A stretch of 64,000 nt of DNA, from NCBI GenBank assembly GCA_039621445.1, contig CP154954.1, positions 23,944,954 to 24,008,953 of the forward strand, written 5' to 3'. This DNA comes from Euglena gracilis. Its lineage: Eukaryota. Shown in pieces: positions 53,153 through 64,000 of the stretch. The position numbers and the translations under genes were made by a program. The first letter of the stretch is position 1. The number at the start of each line of letters is the position of its first letter. The notes under the pieces are model-generated. The model had not been told where the DNA came from and ran no database searches. It saw only the letters and a list, made by a program, of their open reading frames with translations.

Positions 53153-54578
53153 GGGGCGGACGGACGGACGGACGGACGGCTGGTGAAAATTGTGAAGGTC
53201 CGGACGGACGGCTGGCCTTGTGGGCTTGGTCCAGACGGCTGAAGAAAATTCAAAAGGTCCAGCTAGCCGGCCGGCCGGCTGGCCGGCTGGCCGGCTAGCC
53301 GGCTGGCCGGCTAGCCGGCCAGGTCTTTGGAAGCGCAGGCGATGAAAAAACGCGAACAACACGGATTCCTATTTCATTACCTTTTGTCACACAGTGTCCG
53401 CAACCTCCTGGAGATGCCATCTGGTTCCCCGCAATTGATACCTACATATCCAGTATTTTTTGCCGAGCCTGTTTCACCACCGCTTTGCTTACCACGTACC
53501 AGTTTCTGGTTTTGCTGTCCATTGTCCATTGGTGTACCCATGCCATGCTGGAGCATTACTTTTTGCTTTTACTGGAGCATTGCAAGTAACTGCTGGGCCC
53601 CAGCAGCCCCTCACAAGCCCACCAGCAGTTCTAATTGCCACAGCTGTTTGTTTTACGTATCCAGTGTCGTGTTTTGCCCTCTGCAAATCTGGAAAAGGGA
53701 TGGTGGCACATCTGCTGGAATCACCTACCCCCTTCCACCAAAACTTTGGGCCCCCCAGAACACCCCCAGTCATTGGGGGATGTGCACCCAATGCCCATTT
53801 CACGTATGGGTTCGCCCAGGGGTTTCCCCCAGATTTGGGACCCTCCAATTCTGGGATGGGTGTGACCTTGCCCCAAACCCGTTTCAGTGGCAGATGCCCC
53901 CCCTTGTGGGACAAGGCTGTCAGAAAATTAACTGCCACACTCCTGCCCCCCCTGCAGGGAAACATGGTTTTGGCACCCCCCTGTGCCCCAACCCCGGGTA
54001 TGTTGACGACCAACCGACACATTGCAGAATGTGGCCCCGTCACCACTGTGGAGCTGAATAAGCATCTGAATATCATTTGGTAGAGATGGGCAAGGGCAGA
54101 AGATAAATGGCACTTGTCAATACATCGTCAGTGTAGTTCAGCGGTCAAAGTGCTAGGCGACGTCTCTGAAGACACGGGTTCGAATCCCGGGCGCCGCGGG
54201 CGAATTTACGTTTTCACTGGGGCGGGAAGAATAATTTTCATAAAAGTACGCGGACGAGAATGGTATCGCCCCCCGTGGTGTAGCGGTCGTGTGGTTAGCG
54301 TGTGATTGGTAGGTCGCGGGTTCAAATCCCGCCGGGGGGCAGTTTTGTGCTTTTCTTGTGTTTTTCCTGATTTGACACCACGAGGAGAGGGACGCCGTTA
54401 CTGCTTTTCAGGGAGAAGGATTTTTTTTTGTTTCCGGCCGGCTGGCCAGACAGACATTGGTCCGGCTGGACGGACGGCTGGCGAAAAAATCGAAGGTCCG
54501 GACGGACGGCTGGGCGTCCAGCAAACGTCCGGCTGAAGACGTCCGGACGGCTCGGACGGACGGACGGCCAGCCGCCCC
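53153..54578. mobile_element. 1426-bp non-autonomous insertion at the end of RNase H
   Basis: 5-bp TSD CAGAG, short TIR GGGGCGG/CCGCCCC, (ACGG)n and (GGCC/GGCT) subterminal repeats. Excision restores KNEL-CDMLSR. Confidence 0.88.
54268..54341 (+). ncRNA. tRNA-like Pol III cassette (pseudo-tRNA); a second, more degenerate one lies at ~54127-54198
   Basis: Acceptor stem GCCCCCC/GGGGGGC, T-arm GCGGG-TTCAAAT-CCCGC and A-box-like TGGTGTAGCGG. The D and anticodon stems do not pair well. Confidence 0.6.
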
Positions 54579-56257
54579 CAGAGTTCATTCTTGGCACCAG
54601 GGATGTGATGGATGTGGAGTCGGAACTGGGACAGGAAAACCCACCAGCGTTTCAGTCGGGCATTTTCAGGAGGGTTCCCGCGAACAAAGTACGACACGGC
54701 AGCTTGGTCACACAGCCAGACAATAGGCAGGTGTGAGAGGATTCGGCGTTGGGACGCAATTCCCAACACCCCACCCAGCAATTCTTGTTCGTAGGTAGCG
54801 TAATTCTGGCGTGCGGGGGACCATTTCCAATTGAAATGACCGAGCGGTACGAGAACTTCGCTTTCAGTGTGGGTGTGTTTCAGGGTTCCATCACGGTTGA
54901 CTCCGGTCACAGCACCAAATGACTCAGTTTTGTCTTTGCTCAACTTTTGCCATTGGTAGAGGCTTGCACCGCCACCAACATCAGAGGCATCAGTGACAAT
55001 CAGAATTTCTCCATCACTGTTGGGGACTCCCAAATTTCTGACATCGGCAAGTTTGGCTTTCAAGGTCTCAAAAGCAGATTGATGTTCATCGGTCCATTTG
55101 AACGGAACACCCTTTTTGGTCAGGTCAGTCAGAATGGCTGATGTGAAAGAGAACCTTAGGATGTGGCAGCGATAGAAGTTGAGGGCTCCGAGAAAACGTT
55201 GAAGGGACTTGAGATCTTTCACTTGGACACGCTGCAAAGCCTCAATATTCTTTGTTGAGGGTTTCCACCAGCCATTTTCCAGTTGATATCCGAAGTACTC
55301 CAGACTTTGTTTCATGAACTCACGCTTGCTACGTTTGATTCTGAGGTGATCTTGTCGGGCGACTTCGAAAAACTCTCTCAAAATCTCATGGTGCTGTTCC
55401 AACGTGTGGGTTCCAATTCCAACATCATCAAAGAAGGCGGCAACCACACATCCTTGCTCCAGGAGTTCCTTGGCTTTGGGTCTGCGTCGAAAATCATCGA
55501 TGACTTTGTTCATTAGCTCTTGGAATACTCCAGGGGCATTGCTCAAACCAAAAGGCATCACCCTCCATTTGTACACGCGTCCATTTGGCAAAATAAAGGC
55601 AGTCAACTCCTGGGCTCGGAGAGTCAACTCCACCTGCCAAAATCCAGAGCGCATGTCCAGTTTTGACTTGAAACGCAGGGCGGCCAGGCCTTCAACAGTG
55701 GCTTCAAGGTCCGGCAGAAAACCAACGTGGGGTACATTTTTGCCATTCAGCTTGCTGTAATCACCAACAAGCCGTTTGGTTTTCGCAATTTTGGTTTCTT
55801 TGCCTTTGTCCTTCTCCACCAGGAATGAGCGAGAACAGAATCTTGGAAAATCTGAACCCTTGAATTCTTCCACCAATCCAGAGCTGACAAGTTCCTCAAC
55901 CTGTCTTTCCATCTCCAAAACATCAGGCTTCGGCATGGGAAAGCATTTCTCACGAACAGTCGAACCTTGAAATTCAGGTTTTAGCTCCAGATCCATGGAT
56001 ACCAGTTTCTTGCAGGTACCAGGGGGTGGCAATTCTCCAAAAACATCGGAAAATTCTTGTAGGATCGATTTGATTGTGGGCTCTGCGTCCAGCTTTTCCA
56101 ATTCTTGATTGAACTCGCCATGCAAAATGTGCGATTCCTTCCACTGCTTTTGGGTTGCTTGCATTTGAAGATGTGTGTGCTCCTTTGGGTTGAACAGGGA
56201 TGCAATTTGTTGGAAATCACTTCGGCAGGCGGGAAACGGGGAAGAAGGTTTGGCCAC
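54579..56257 (-). pseudogene. Reverse transcriptase and RNase H
   Basis: KLDMRSGFWQ, MPFGLSNAPGVFQ, AFFDDV, LQRFLGALNFY, VTDASDVG, NYATYEQELL, LCDQ, HIPGAKN. Confidence 0.96.
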
Positions 56258-56617
56258 TCTCCCCCATTGGCGAATTGTCGAACAACGGTTGAAACATCTT
56301 GGAGCAATTCGGAAATCTGAAAAATTTGTGAGTCCACTTCACGGGTCAGTTCAGCCATGAACAAGTCCAAATCCCAGGTTGAATCAAGCTCAAAATCGTC
56401 TTTCAGGGAAATTGGCGAGAGTTCAGGCAGTTTGGGCTCACAGGGCTTTGATGGTGTGCAGGGAACAGGCGGTTTTGGCTCTTGGGCATCAACTTCCACA
56501 AAGACCTCCTTTGGTTTGTGAATGGCTTTCAGGTCAGACAAACCAAGATTTTTTCATCTGCGATGGAGGTGTGCCAAAAGTCTTGGGTCAAGCTCAGACA
56601 CACGAATTCGGGTGCCG

Positions 56618-56860
56618 TTTGGCCCTGTCCATCCCAATTTTGGTCAATGTCTTTTCCAGTTTGGACCACGGCGGATTTGCCCACAGAAACTCAGACTCAT
56701 TGGCCATCAATTTTGACCAGTCATATTTCCATGCGCTGCTTTCCTTTGAACAGTGGAGCAATTCATGGGCATTGCCTTGTGAAGCAAACAGGTCCACTCG
56801 GATTTTGGTTGGTTCAATTCCAAGATCATTCGCAAAGTGGGTAGCAACTGATAGCTTTCA
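56618..56860 (-). pseudogene. Dam-like N6-adenine DNA methyltransferase module, C-terminally deleted
   Basis: ESYQL..(frameshift)..VDLFASQGNAH..CSKESSAWKYDW..FLWANPPWSKLEKTLTKI, containing the DLFAS and NPPW motifs. Confidence 0.8.
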
Positions 56861-56899
56861 GTGGCAAACATTCGATACATGGAGTAAATGTGTCCTTTT

Positions 56900-57226
56900 T
56901 CCTCACGCAAGGGAATTGCCTCATCACCAATGACGAGACGGGCAGGACGAAACAGGATTCCAGAAACTTTGGGGTGGTTCAGGAAATCCATACCAAGAAC
57001 AGCATCGAACGTGGTTGTGTTCAGGACAAGCAGCTTTTGGTGAAAGTCGTTGTTCCCCAGATGCAGGGTGGTTTCAGCAACACCTTCCGAATACACAACA
57101 GTTCCATCGCCCATCTTGACAGGGACTGCCTTTTCTCTTTGGACAAGAAGCCCTTGGGAGAAACGGGTTGAAATGGCAGACGTGGTGGCCCCGGTATCAA
57201 GAACAGCCGACACATTTCTTCCACCA
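56900..57226 (-). pseudogene. Retropepsin-like aspartic protease
   Basis: AVLDTGA..FDAVLGMDFL; same frame as gag. Confidence 0.93.
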
Positions 57227-57409
57227 GAAACCGTGTTTGGGCCGATTTTAAGACTTTAAAAGTCTTAAATCTTCGCCCAAAACACGGTTTCAAACAAGAA
57301 CAGTGTTTTGGGCCAAGGTTTTAGGGGGGCCAGGGGCGACCGCGGCGCCTTCGGCGCCGCGGTCCCCGCCCCTGGGCTCCCCCTAACTCTTGGCCCAAAC
57401 ACAGTTCTT
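57227..57409. mobile_element. 183-bp TIR insertion at the gag/protease junction
   Basis: Inverted ends AACCGTGTTTGGGCC/GGCCCAAACACAGTT. Removal gives in-frame NIVS-GGRNVSAVLDTGA. The TSD is unclear. Confidence 0.65.
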
Positions 57410-58581
57410 GACACAATGTTGGTTTCCAAATACAACGTGGTGCTTGGTTTTCCCAGATATGAAATGGATTCGAATTTGCGCTTCTTTCCAGGGTCTTCCC
57501 GAGAATTGGGGGGCGAATTGGCAGGCAAGTTTGACTGTGTGGCAGGACGGGGCGGCTGAGGCGATGATTGATTCAGACGCTTCTTGTCCTCACGTTTTTT
57601 CGTCCAACAGGCATCCTCATAATGGCCGACACGCTTGCAGTATTTGCAGGTTATTTTCGCCTTGAAATTTGGCTCGTTGCTGCGGTCTGCGGGGGGTCCA
57701 CGGCCAGAGGGTTTGTGTTGGTTGAAACCTTTGCCTTTGCCTTTGCCCTTGGACTTGCCTTTGCCAGGGTTGGTCGAACTTGGCTCATCACTTTCCCCAA
57801 TTAAGTGGATTTTGGCAGACTCCTCACCACCGAAGGCTTTGGCTTGGGATTACAGAAAACGTTCCAGGGCATCGTCGGTGACTTTCTTTCGCCAAAATTC
57901 TTTCACGGAATCAAAGGTCGAACATTTGTCACGGTTGTGTTCATCAGCTCTCATGTCTTTCCATTGCAGGGGGTGAATTTTGGACACAAGCATTAGAAGC
58001 TTTTCTTGCTCACCCAGGGCATCAGGGGACATCCGGGACAAAATGTCAGACATTTCCACAAACAAGGCTTCAAGCTCACCGGGGGAAGGTTCTTTTGACA
58101 ATTGGGGAAGCTTGGAAAGTTGGGCTCGGAGCAAAATGTCATTTTCAACCTTCGGGTAAACTTGCATCAGACGGGCGACAAATTCAGAAAGTTCATCCAC
58201 TTCTTCGGCAAGCCGTTCGACGACTCTCAAAACTTTGGGGGTTGAGGCGGCGATGGCCCAATCAAGTTGAATGCTGTCGGGCTGGTTTTCCACTCCGGTG
58301 AGGCGCATCCATCGTGAAAATGAGCGAAGCCAATATTCTGCATCCGAACCGTCAAACTTTGGTAATTCCAGTCCAGGCACACGAGACACAAGACCAGGCT
58401 TTCGTTCAGTGTCGGAGGTGTCAGCAGACTTTCTGGTGATCAGTTTTGGAGGTCGGGGGGCGAAGGGTGACTGGGTAGTTGAGTGTTGCGAAACATGTGG
58501 GCTGCTTAATTCAAGTCCGGCGAGGCGGGCTTCAAGCTCAACAATTTTCTGTGCAAACGACTCTTCACCAGCGTCAGACAT
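57410..58581 (-). pseudogene. gag with CCHC zinc knuckle and an in-frame TAA at 57850-57852
   Basis: ELPKFDGSDAEYWL; reading past the stop gives CKYCKRVGHYEDAC. Confidence 0.9.
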
Positions 58582-59757
58582 TTTTTCCGTTTTGGTTCAA
58601 TCACTTTCTGAGTTGCAGGGTTGATAAACAGGTTGGGCAAACGGTCGCTCAAAATCGAGGTTTTGTTGCACTCAAAATCGGATATTCTGCACTCAAAATC
58701 AGAATGGGCTGCACTCAAAATCAAGGACAGACAGCCACTCAAAATATGGGGGGGGGGCAGGCTGGCAGGTTGGAAATGCAAACAGACTTCGTTGAAACTG
58801 GGTATCAAACTGTCCAAACAAGTTGCACAACAAATTCAGAGTTGAGCAAACAAACAAGGTTGATAACCACACCTGCAGAACAAAACCTCCAAGCAGACTT
58901 TGTAATGTTTGGGTTGAAAAGTTCAGAAACAAACTGACAACCAACTTTGGTGCAAAGAACTTTGGCAAACAAGTTGGCAAACAGACTTGCAGAAATTTGT
59001 CAACAATTCTGATCAAACAATCTGGCAGACAGACTTCCAAAACAGAATCCCAAATCAGACTTGCCGACAATCTGTCAACCAACTGCTTGCCAAAACAGCG
59101 GTTGTCACTCAAAATCCTGGGGGTTGGTTGGTCAATGGGGGGATTTTGGCAAGCAGCTGGTCCAGGGGGGGCTGGTTGGCACTCAAAATCCATTTGTGTT
59201 GGTGTGGCAATCTTCCAAACAAACTTCCAACAATCAAACAGCAAACAATCAAACCAACAAACTTCAAGTTTTCTGTCAGACAGACTTCCAAAGTCCAGAA
59301 ACACAGTTTCAAACAAACAAACTTGCAAGAAACAAGGGCTTGGAGAGAGATGTTGTGAACAAATGTCCAAATTGAATTGTCACAGTTTTGGCTTTGCAAT
59401 TCAGAACTGCAGATTGAACAGTCCAAACAACCTTGCAAACAGAAGTGGTCAATGCAAATGCCAAAATCAATTTCAGAATCTGAATTCCAAAATCTCTCTC
59501 CAACAATCTTTCTGGGGGGGTCGCAATGTAACACACTGTCGCTATGTACAACAGTGTAACAGTGAAGTACAGCAAACGTTCTACCTCCTCCGGCGACTCT
59601 GCACCCAGAACTTGTTGTCCTCAAACTTGAAAACTTGAAAGATAAGGCCCCAGTGGCCACAGCAAATGCCAAAACCAGCTTCAGCCAAAACTGCTCTGTA
59701 CGAAGTCGAGATTCCCCAGCAGCTGACGACTGTCGACAGCACGTAGGATCGTAGTAC

Positions 59758-59770
59758 TCCTCTGCTACCA
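59758..59770 (-). promoter_or_regulatory. Primer-binding site complementary to the tRNA-iMet 3' end
   Basis: TGGTAGCAGAGGA, one base from the 5' LTR. Confidence 0.85.
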
Positions 59771-59771
59771 A

Positions 59772-60100
59772 TGTAACTTTTCTCCTTGAACTGGAACTTC
59801 TGTAAAAAAAAATTGATTGTTCGAGAACTTGAAATCTCCTACCTCTTGTTATATTCTTGTCCAAGGTAAAGCCGCAAGCAAAGCACGTAATGTGCACTGC
59901 CAAACACGAAGAAACCACAGAACCAAAACTGTGAAGAGGAGGTGAGAGGAATGTACAATTACAGTAGCGAAACTGTCCGCGAAGCAGTTGATAGTGAAAT
60001 CCTCAGCAGCAGGGAGCGGCCAAGGAGGAGACATCGCAAAGCGACGCCTGTGTAAGGGAAAAGTGATCTGTCCACTGGTAAATCAGGCCACGGCGTTACA
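59772..60100 (-). repeat. 5' LTR (329 bp)
   Basis: TG..CA ends; matches 50921-51247. Confidence 0.97.
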
Positions 60101-60231
60101 CCATATTGTGTATTCTTCCGGTCCTTCAAAGTGGCATTCGGCTGGTCAGATTGCTGTCCGCTATGGCCTTCCAACTGAGAAACATGTTCTGAGGATTTAG
60201 GAGAGAGGGGGGTTGCGTCCAACAGGATGGG

Positions 60232-60809
60232 GCCAATTGGGGCCAGATTTTCTGGAAATGTCTGGGGGGCTGGGTCCAGCAGGCTGGGGTAAACTGGGGC
60301 CGGACGTTTCGGCCAGAAGTTTTTGAAATATGAGGGGGGGATGGGTCAAGAAGGCTGGGGCAAAATGGGGCCAGCGGTTTTGGAAATGTCTGGGCGGCTG
60401 GGTCCAGCAGGCTGGGGCTGTGGCCTGAAAAGGCCCACAAAGCACCATTATTAAGTGCAACTTTCTCTCTCTGTTGCTTTTTCTTTTGCTTTTGCTTTAC
60501 AGTCAGTCTGGAAGTCTTGTTGCAATTTTGATTGCAAGTCCCCAAAACTGGTCCCCATTCATTCCAATCTGATGGGGGTGCCTCAAACTGCTGGACCCAG
60601 CCCCCCAGGCATTTCCAAAATGTGTGGCCCCATTTTGCCCCAACCTGCCGGACCCGGCCCCCCAGACATTTCCAAAACTTCTGGCCCATTTTGACCCAGC
60701 CTGCTGGACCCAGCAGCCCAGACATTTCCAAAATTGCTGGCCCCATTTTGTCCCGGCCTGATGGACCCATCCCCCCCCTCATATTTCAAAAACTTCTGGC
60801 CCCATTGGC
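60232..60809. mobile_element. Foldback-like element: inverted arms built of ~60-bp subrepeats
   Basis: Repeats of ..GGAAATGTCTGGGGGGCTGGGTCCAGCAG.. on the left are mirrored by CTGCTGGACCCAGC..CAGACATTTCC on the right, around a spacer. Confidence 0.7.
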
Positions 60810-60969
60810 ACGTGCTGCTGAAAAGTTGATAAACCAAGGAATACGTGTGCCGTGGAGATTGCTCAGTGCAACTTTGAGTCTTGGGTCGCAACTGCCAGTG
60901 AAAAAAACGAAAGAAATCAGCCAGACCAGGCCTACGTCAGAATCAATTAGGAATTTCGGGGGTTTATTT

Positions 60970-60995
60970 ACTTTCTGAGTGTCTATTTTTTTTCG
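60970..60995 (+). other. Genomic copy of the 26-nt Euglena spliced leader, fused to an ORF 5' UTR
   Basis: ACTTTCTGAGTGTCTATTTTTTTTCG matches the Euglena gracilis SL as I recall it. It is followed by TCTGCATAATCACC-ATG, not by a GT donor. Confidence 0.92.
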
Positions 60996-61009
60996 TCTGC
61001 ATAATCACC

Positions 61010-64000
61010 ATGGCTGTAAAGGGGCCGGATGGCCCTCCAGAAGACCCCAAGACTCAAGACAATACACCCCTTGTCAACCAAGCTGCTACCACAACCAACC
61101 CTTCAAGTACACCTACTGTTGCAGTGGACACCGGACAGTTGGAGCTGCTGGCCAAGATGTTGTTGCCGCTGTTGGTGCCGGTGCTAACCACTGCTGTGGC
61201 ACAACGACTCACTACCGCCCTGTACATAGTGACAGAGAAAGTCAAGACAGCAGCTCACAAAGAAGGAAGAGGACATGGCAAGAGAGGGAAGAGCATGAAG
61301 AGTACCTACAGAGAAGGTTTGGAAGAGATTACAAGCCCCCATGGCAGAGAGGTCGACCCAGTTATCATATATCTCAACAGAGTTCTCCACAGCCCCAGCT
61401 CCATCAGCAAGTGAGTCTGGGGCCCCCCTGTACAGCAAGCCCATCAGTGGGCATTCCACAGTCAGGCCCATCAGTGAGCATTCCAATGAACAGCCCATTC
61501 CAATGCCCACCAGTTGGTAGAAGTCAAGTATGTCCATCTGTCACATCAATCATACAAATGTACATTCCATCACAGACCAACCTTTGGGGTGAACCCCTGC
61601 AATCTCAGCAACCACTGCAATCAAACTGGAGCAGAGAAGATGACCAGAGGAAGAATTGGACCAGAGAAGAAGAGCAGAGAAGGAGAGAGGCTGAACTCTT
61701 CAGAAGCCTCAGAGCCTTTCTCAGCACAGGCCAGAGTACACAAGTCCCCCCCCTCCCAACACCATTACACAACCCTGGCCTGCCACCATCACCCTTAATC
61801 CCAGATGTGGTACTGGCATCACCATCAGCCTTCCAATGTAGTTTTCTGCCTGCAGCTTTCCCTTTTGTCTCACAAAGTCCCCCCCAAAGAGGGGACAACT
61901 CAACACAATACCTTCACCCAGTAAAACAAGTGGATCAAGAATTTCATCCCAAGGCAACTCCAAATCAAAAGCAGTCAGCAAAACAACCCCCCCCACCCAA
62001 AAGAGGAGGATCATCAACCCCAGCCAAATGCAACCCCAAAAAATCTCAGCACCAGCCCCCCAATATCAGCCCCCCCTGCAAGAGGGGGGGGGCCAGGCCC
62101 ACCATTTCGCATTTTTAAAAATCCAACAAAACCCACCATGTTTGATGGCACACAGTGGGCCAAACTGGGCACAGTGATCCTGCAGGAGGAACCCAGCCCC
62201 TTTCAATGGCAAGACCCCCCCCAGGCAACTGATTTACCAGCCTCCCCACCCAACACCCCCCTGGAAGGGGTCCCAGTTTGGGAAACACCAGAGTTTCGGA
62301 CCCTCAGGAAAGAATTTTTTTGGAGAAGGCGCATGAGACAGCAAGCAGGAGGCATTTTATTTCACGAGAAGGTCGCCAGAAAACTGGCAAACATTCAGGA
62401 AAAGTGGGTCGACATTGGCAGAACAGTGGACATTCGGCAGTCACAAAAAATGGTGCACACTGACATGAAACTCACGTTGCCACTGGCAGCGCCAAAAGTT
62501 GTGCAATCGCCCCCCCCACCAAAAAAGAACCTCACCCTGGAACGGATCAGAATCGCCCAAATTCTTCATCAATACCGACCAGAGGAACAACGTGAGGAGG
62601 GACTGGACATGTCGCACATAAAAAACGTACGCCGAGCTATCGCACAAAAAATCAAACAAAAAGTGCCAGCAGCAGAAGCAGTCCGCCCCCCGAGGACAAA
62701 GAAGAGGCTGACACCCTCCCGAGAACCAACCCTGCCCATTGCCTGGCGATACTGCCCAAGAATTTGGCTGATGGATGACATGCCCAGACCGTTACAGTTT
62801 GCGTGTGAGGTTGGATTGGCTGATCGTCTTTCCCCGTCCGTGTGGACCACCAGCGATCTTGATGACTCAAATGACTCCCTGTCGGACTATTATTCTTGTG
62901 CTGCCACAAAAAATTTCCACATGGCAGAAACAGTTGGCACCATACACCTCTGCACTGCATGCCCACACGGGGGGAAGAAGCCGGAAGACGCATATCTGAA
63001 GACGGGGCGAGGTGATTCCCTGACAACAATGGGTGATGTGGAAACCAATCCAGGCCCGCTGACGGCATTTAATGGACCCTGTGGTGAAGTCATGGATCTA
63101 TTGGACCAACTTGTTGCCATGAACATGACTGATTTCTTTCGGATCAAGGCTAAAATACCACTGCGGCAAGGCCCCGATGGCTCCTCCCGTTCACTTCTTC
63201 CCAAAGCTACATACTGGCTGAAATGCACTTTGTGTGACATTGAAACCATCACTGCCTCGGCAGGTTGGTGCCTGCACCACAGGGAAACCTGCCCTGTTTT
63301 TTCAGCCACAGTATATCCATCTACTGAGACAGCAAAAGTACACTCCGTAACAAGCCGAGGATACCCCCAAGAACAAGGTCGGGAAAGGTTTTCAGAAGGA
63401 CACCAGCCGAATGGAAGGGGGGAACGAATCACCACCCATGGTGACGTCCAAACACAACCAGGGCCCATCTACTTCCGTCTGGCCACCATGGAAAGACCGA
63501 CAATCCCTATCTCCAGGGGACTTCAAGAAAATTTCATTCGGCACAGACTGCTGGCGAGCCTTCAAGAGGTGGATGCAGAACTTCAAACTTTCCGAGACAC
63601 CTTCCCTTCCGATGTCCTTGTTGAGGACGCTACCGTCTATGAGCTCACCGAATGTTGGGAAGTTTTGAGAGGAGTTCTGTTTGTGCTCATAGGGCTATGG
63701 CCACATCGACCACCACGTCACGACTCCCCATCGAGTGTGCATGCCATTATGTGGTTGCTGACCTGTTTATGGTCCGAAGTATGCAACATCGGCGAGGCCT
63801 TTCACTTCTACCTGCCCCCTATTCACCTAATGGCACTACCCAACGTTCTCCGGCCGAGAGGCACTTTCCCCAGAGTACCTCCAACGGAGCCCTCCTCGTC
63901 CGACCTCTGCCCATTGAATGTACACACCGTTGATATCCTGGACATCATGGCCTTGTTACGTCCGACAAGATCAGTAGTTTCAGTTGACCGTCACATCCGG
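61010..64000 (+). CDS. Long intronless polyprotein-like ORF with two 2A-like motifs; probable retroelement 5' part, runs off the right edge
   Basis: ATG at 61010, with inferred compensating frameshifts near ~61230-61260 and in the poly-C at ~61990. The frame is stop-free from 61925 to 64000 (missing from the ORF track because it has no stop). It contains GRGDSLTTMGDVETNPGP (63005-63058), CTLC-x13-H-x3-C and GRGERITTHGDVQTQPGP (63413-63466). Confidence 0.75.

Larger units (their letters stand above)
50921..60100 (-). mobile_element. Full-length, inactivated chromodomain-bearing Ty3/Gypsy LTR retrotransposon
   Basis: Two TGTAAC..GTTACA LTRs, perfect 5-bp TSD CCATA (50916-50920, 60101-60105), PBS and PPT. 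Domain order is gag-PR-(MT)-RT-RH-INT-chromo. It carries stops, frameshifts and two nested insertions. Confidence 0.97.

Noticed and set aside
54268-54341. Functional tRNA-His(GTG)
   Set aside because: The D and anticodon stems fail to pair and it lies within a mobile insertion; kept as tRNA-like only.
57850-57852. Programmed readthrough stop in gag
   Set aside because: The TAA lies before the zinc knuckle in a copy with many other lesions, so a nonsense mutation is simpler.
58699-59918. env-like or extra ORFs in the Gypsy 5' region
   Set aside because: No recognisable motifs; the A/C-skewed repetitive leader gives chance ORFs on both strands.
60970-60995. Functional SL-RNA gene
   Set aside because: No GT donor follows the exon, and no tandem SL/5S repeat is visible.

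Overview
Eukaryotic nuclear DNA, almost certainly from a euglenid (Euglena-like). Two lines of evidence point there: an exact 26-nt Euglena spliced-leader (SL) sequence at 60970-60995, and genes that mix GT-AG/GC-AG introns with euglenid-type nonconventional introns (Y|R junctions, CAG at +4..+6, CTG at -8..-6, paired ends). Positions 1-27 kb hold three intron-rich minus-strand genes: a probable RNI-like LRR protein, a Shewanella-like (SLP) metallophosphatase and a multi-pass membrane protein, interspersed with MITEs and microsatellites. Positions 33-64 kb are a nested repeat field. It contains a 163-bp satellite in a higher-order array and a CRE-clade non-LTR retrotransposon 3' fragment (CCHC finger plus restriction-like endonuclease) split by two MITEs. 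It also contains a full-length, inactivated chromodomain Ty3/Gypsy element (LTRs, 5-bp TSD, tRNA-iMet PBS, PPT) that carries a Dam-like N6-adenine methyltransferase module between protease and RT and a nested TIR element with tRNA-like cassettes. At the right edge is an element that begins with the SL itself and encodes a long intronless ORF with two T2A-like StopGo motifs; a third 2A-like motif lies in the decayed element that the Gypsy inserted into. All gene models were built by eye and no searches were run.
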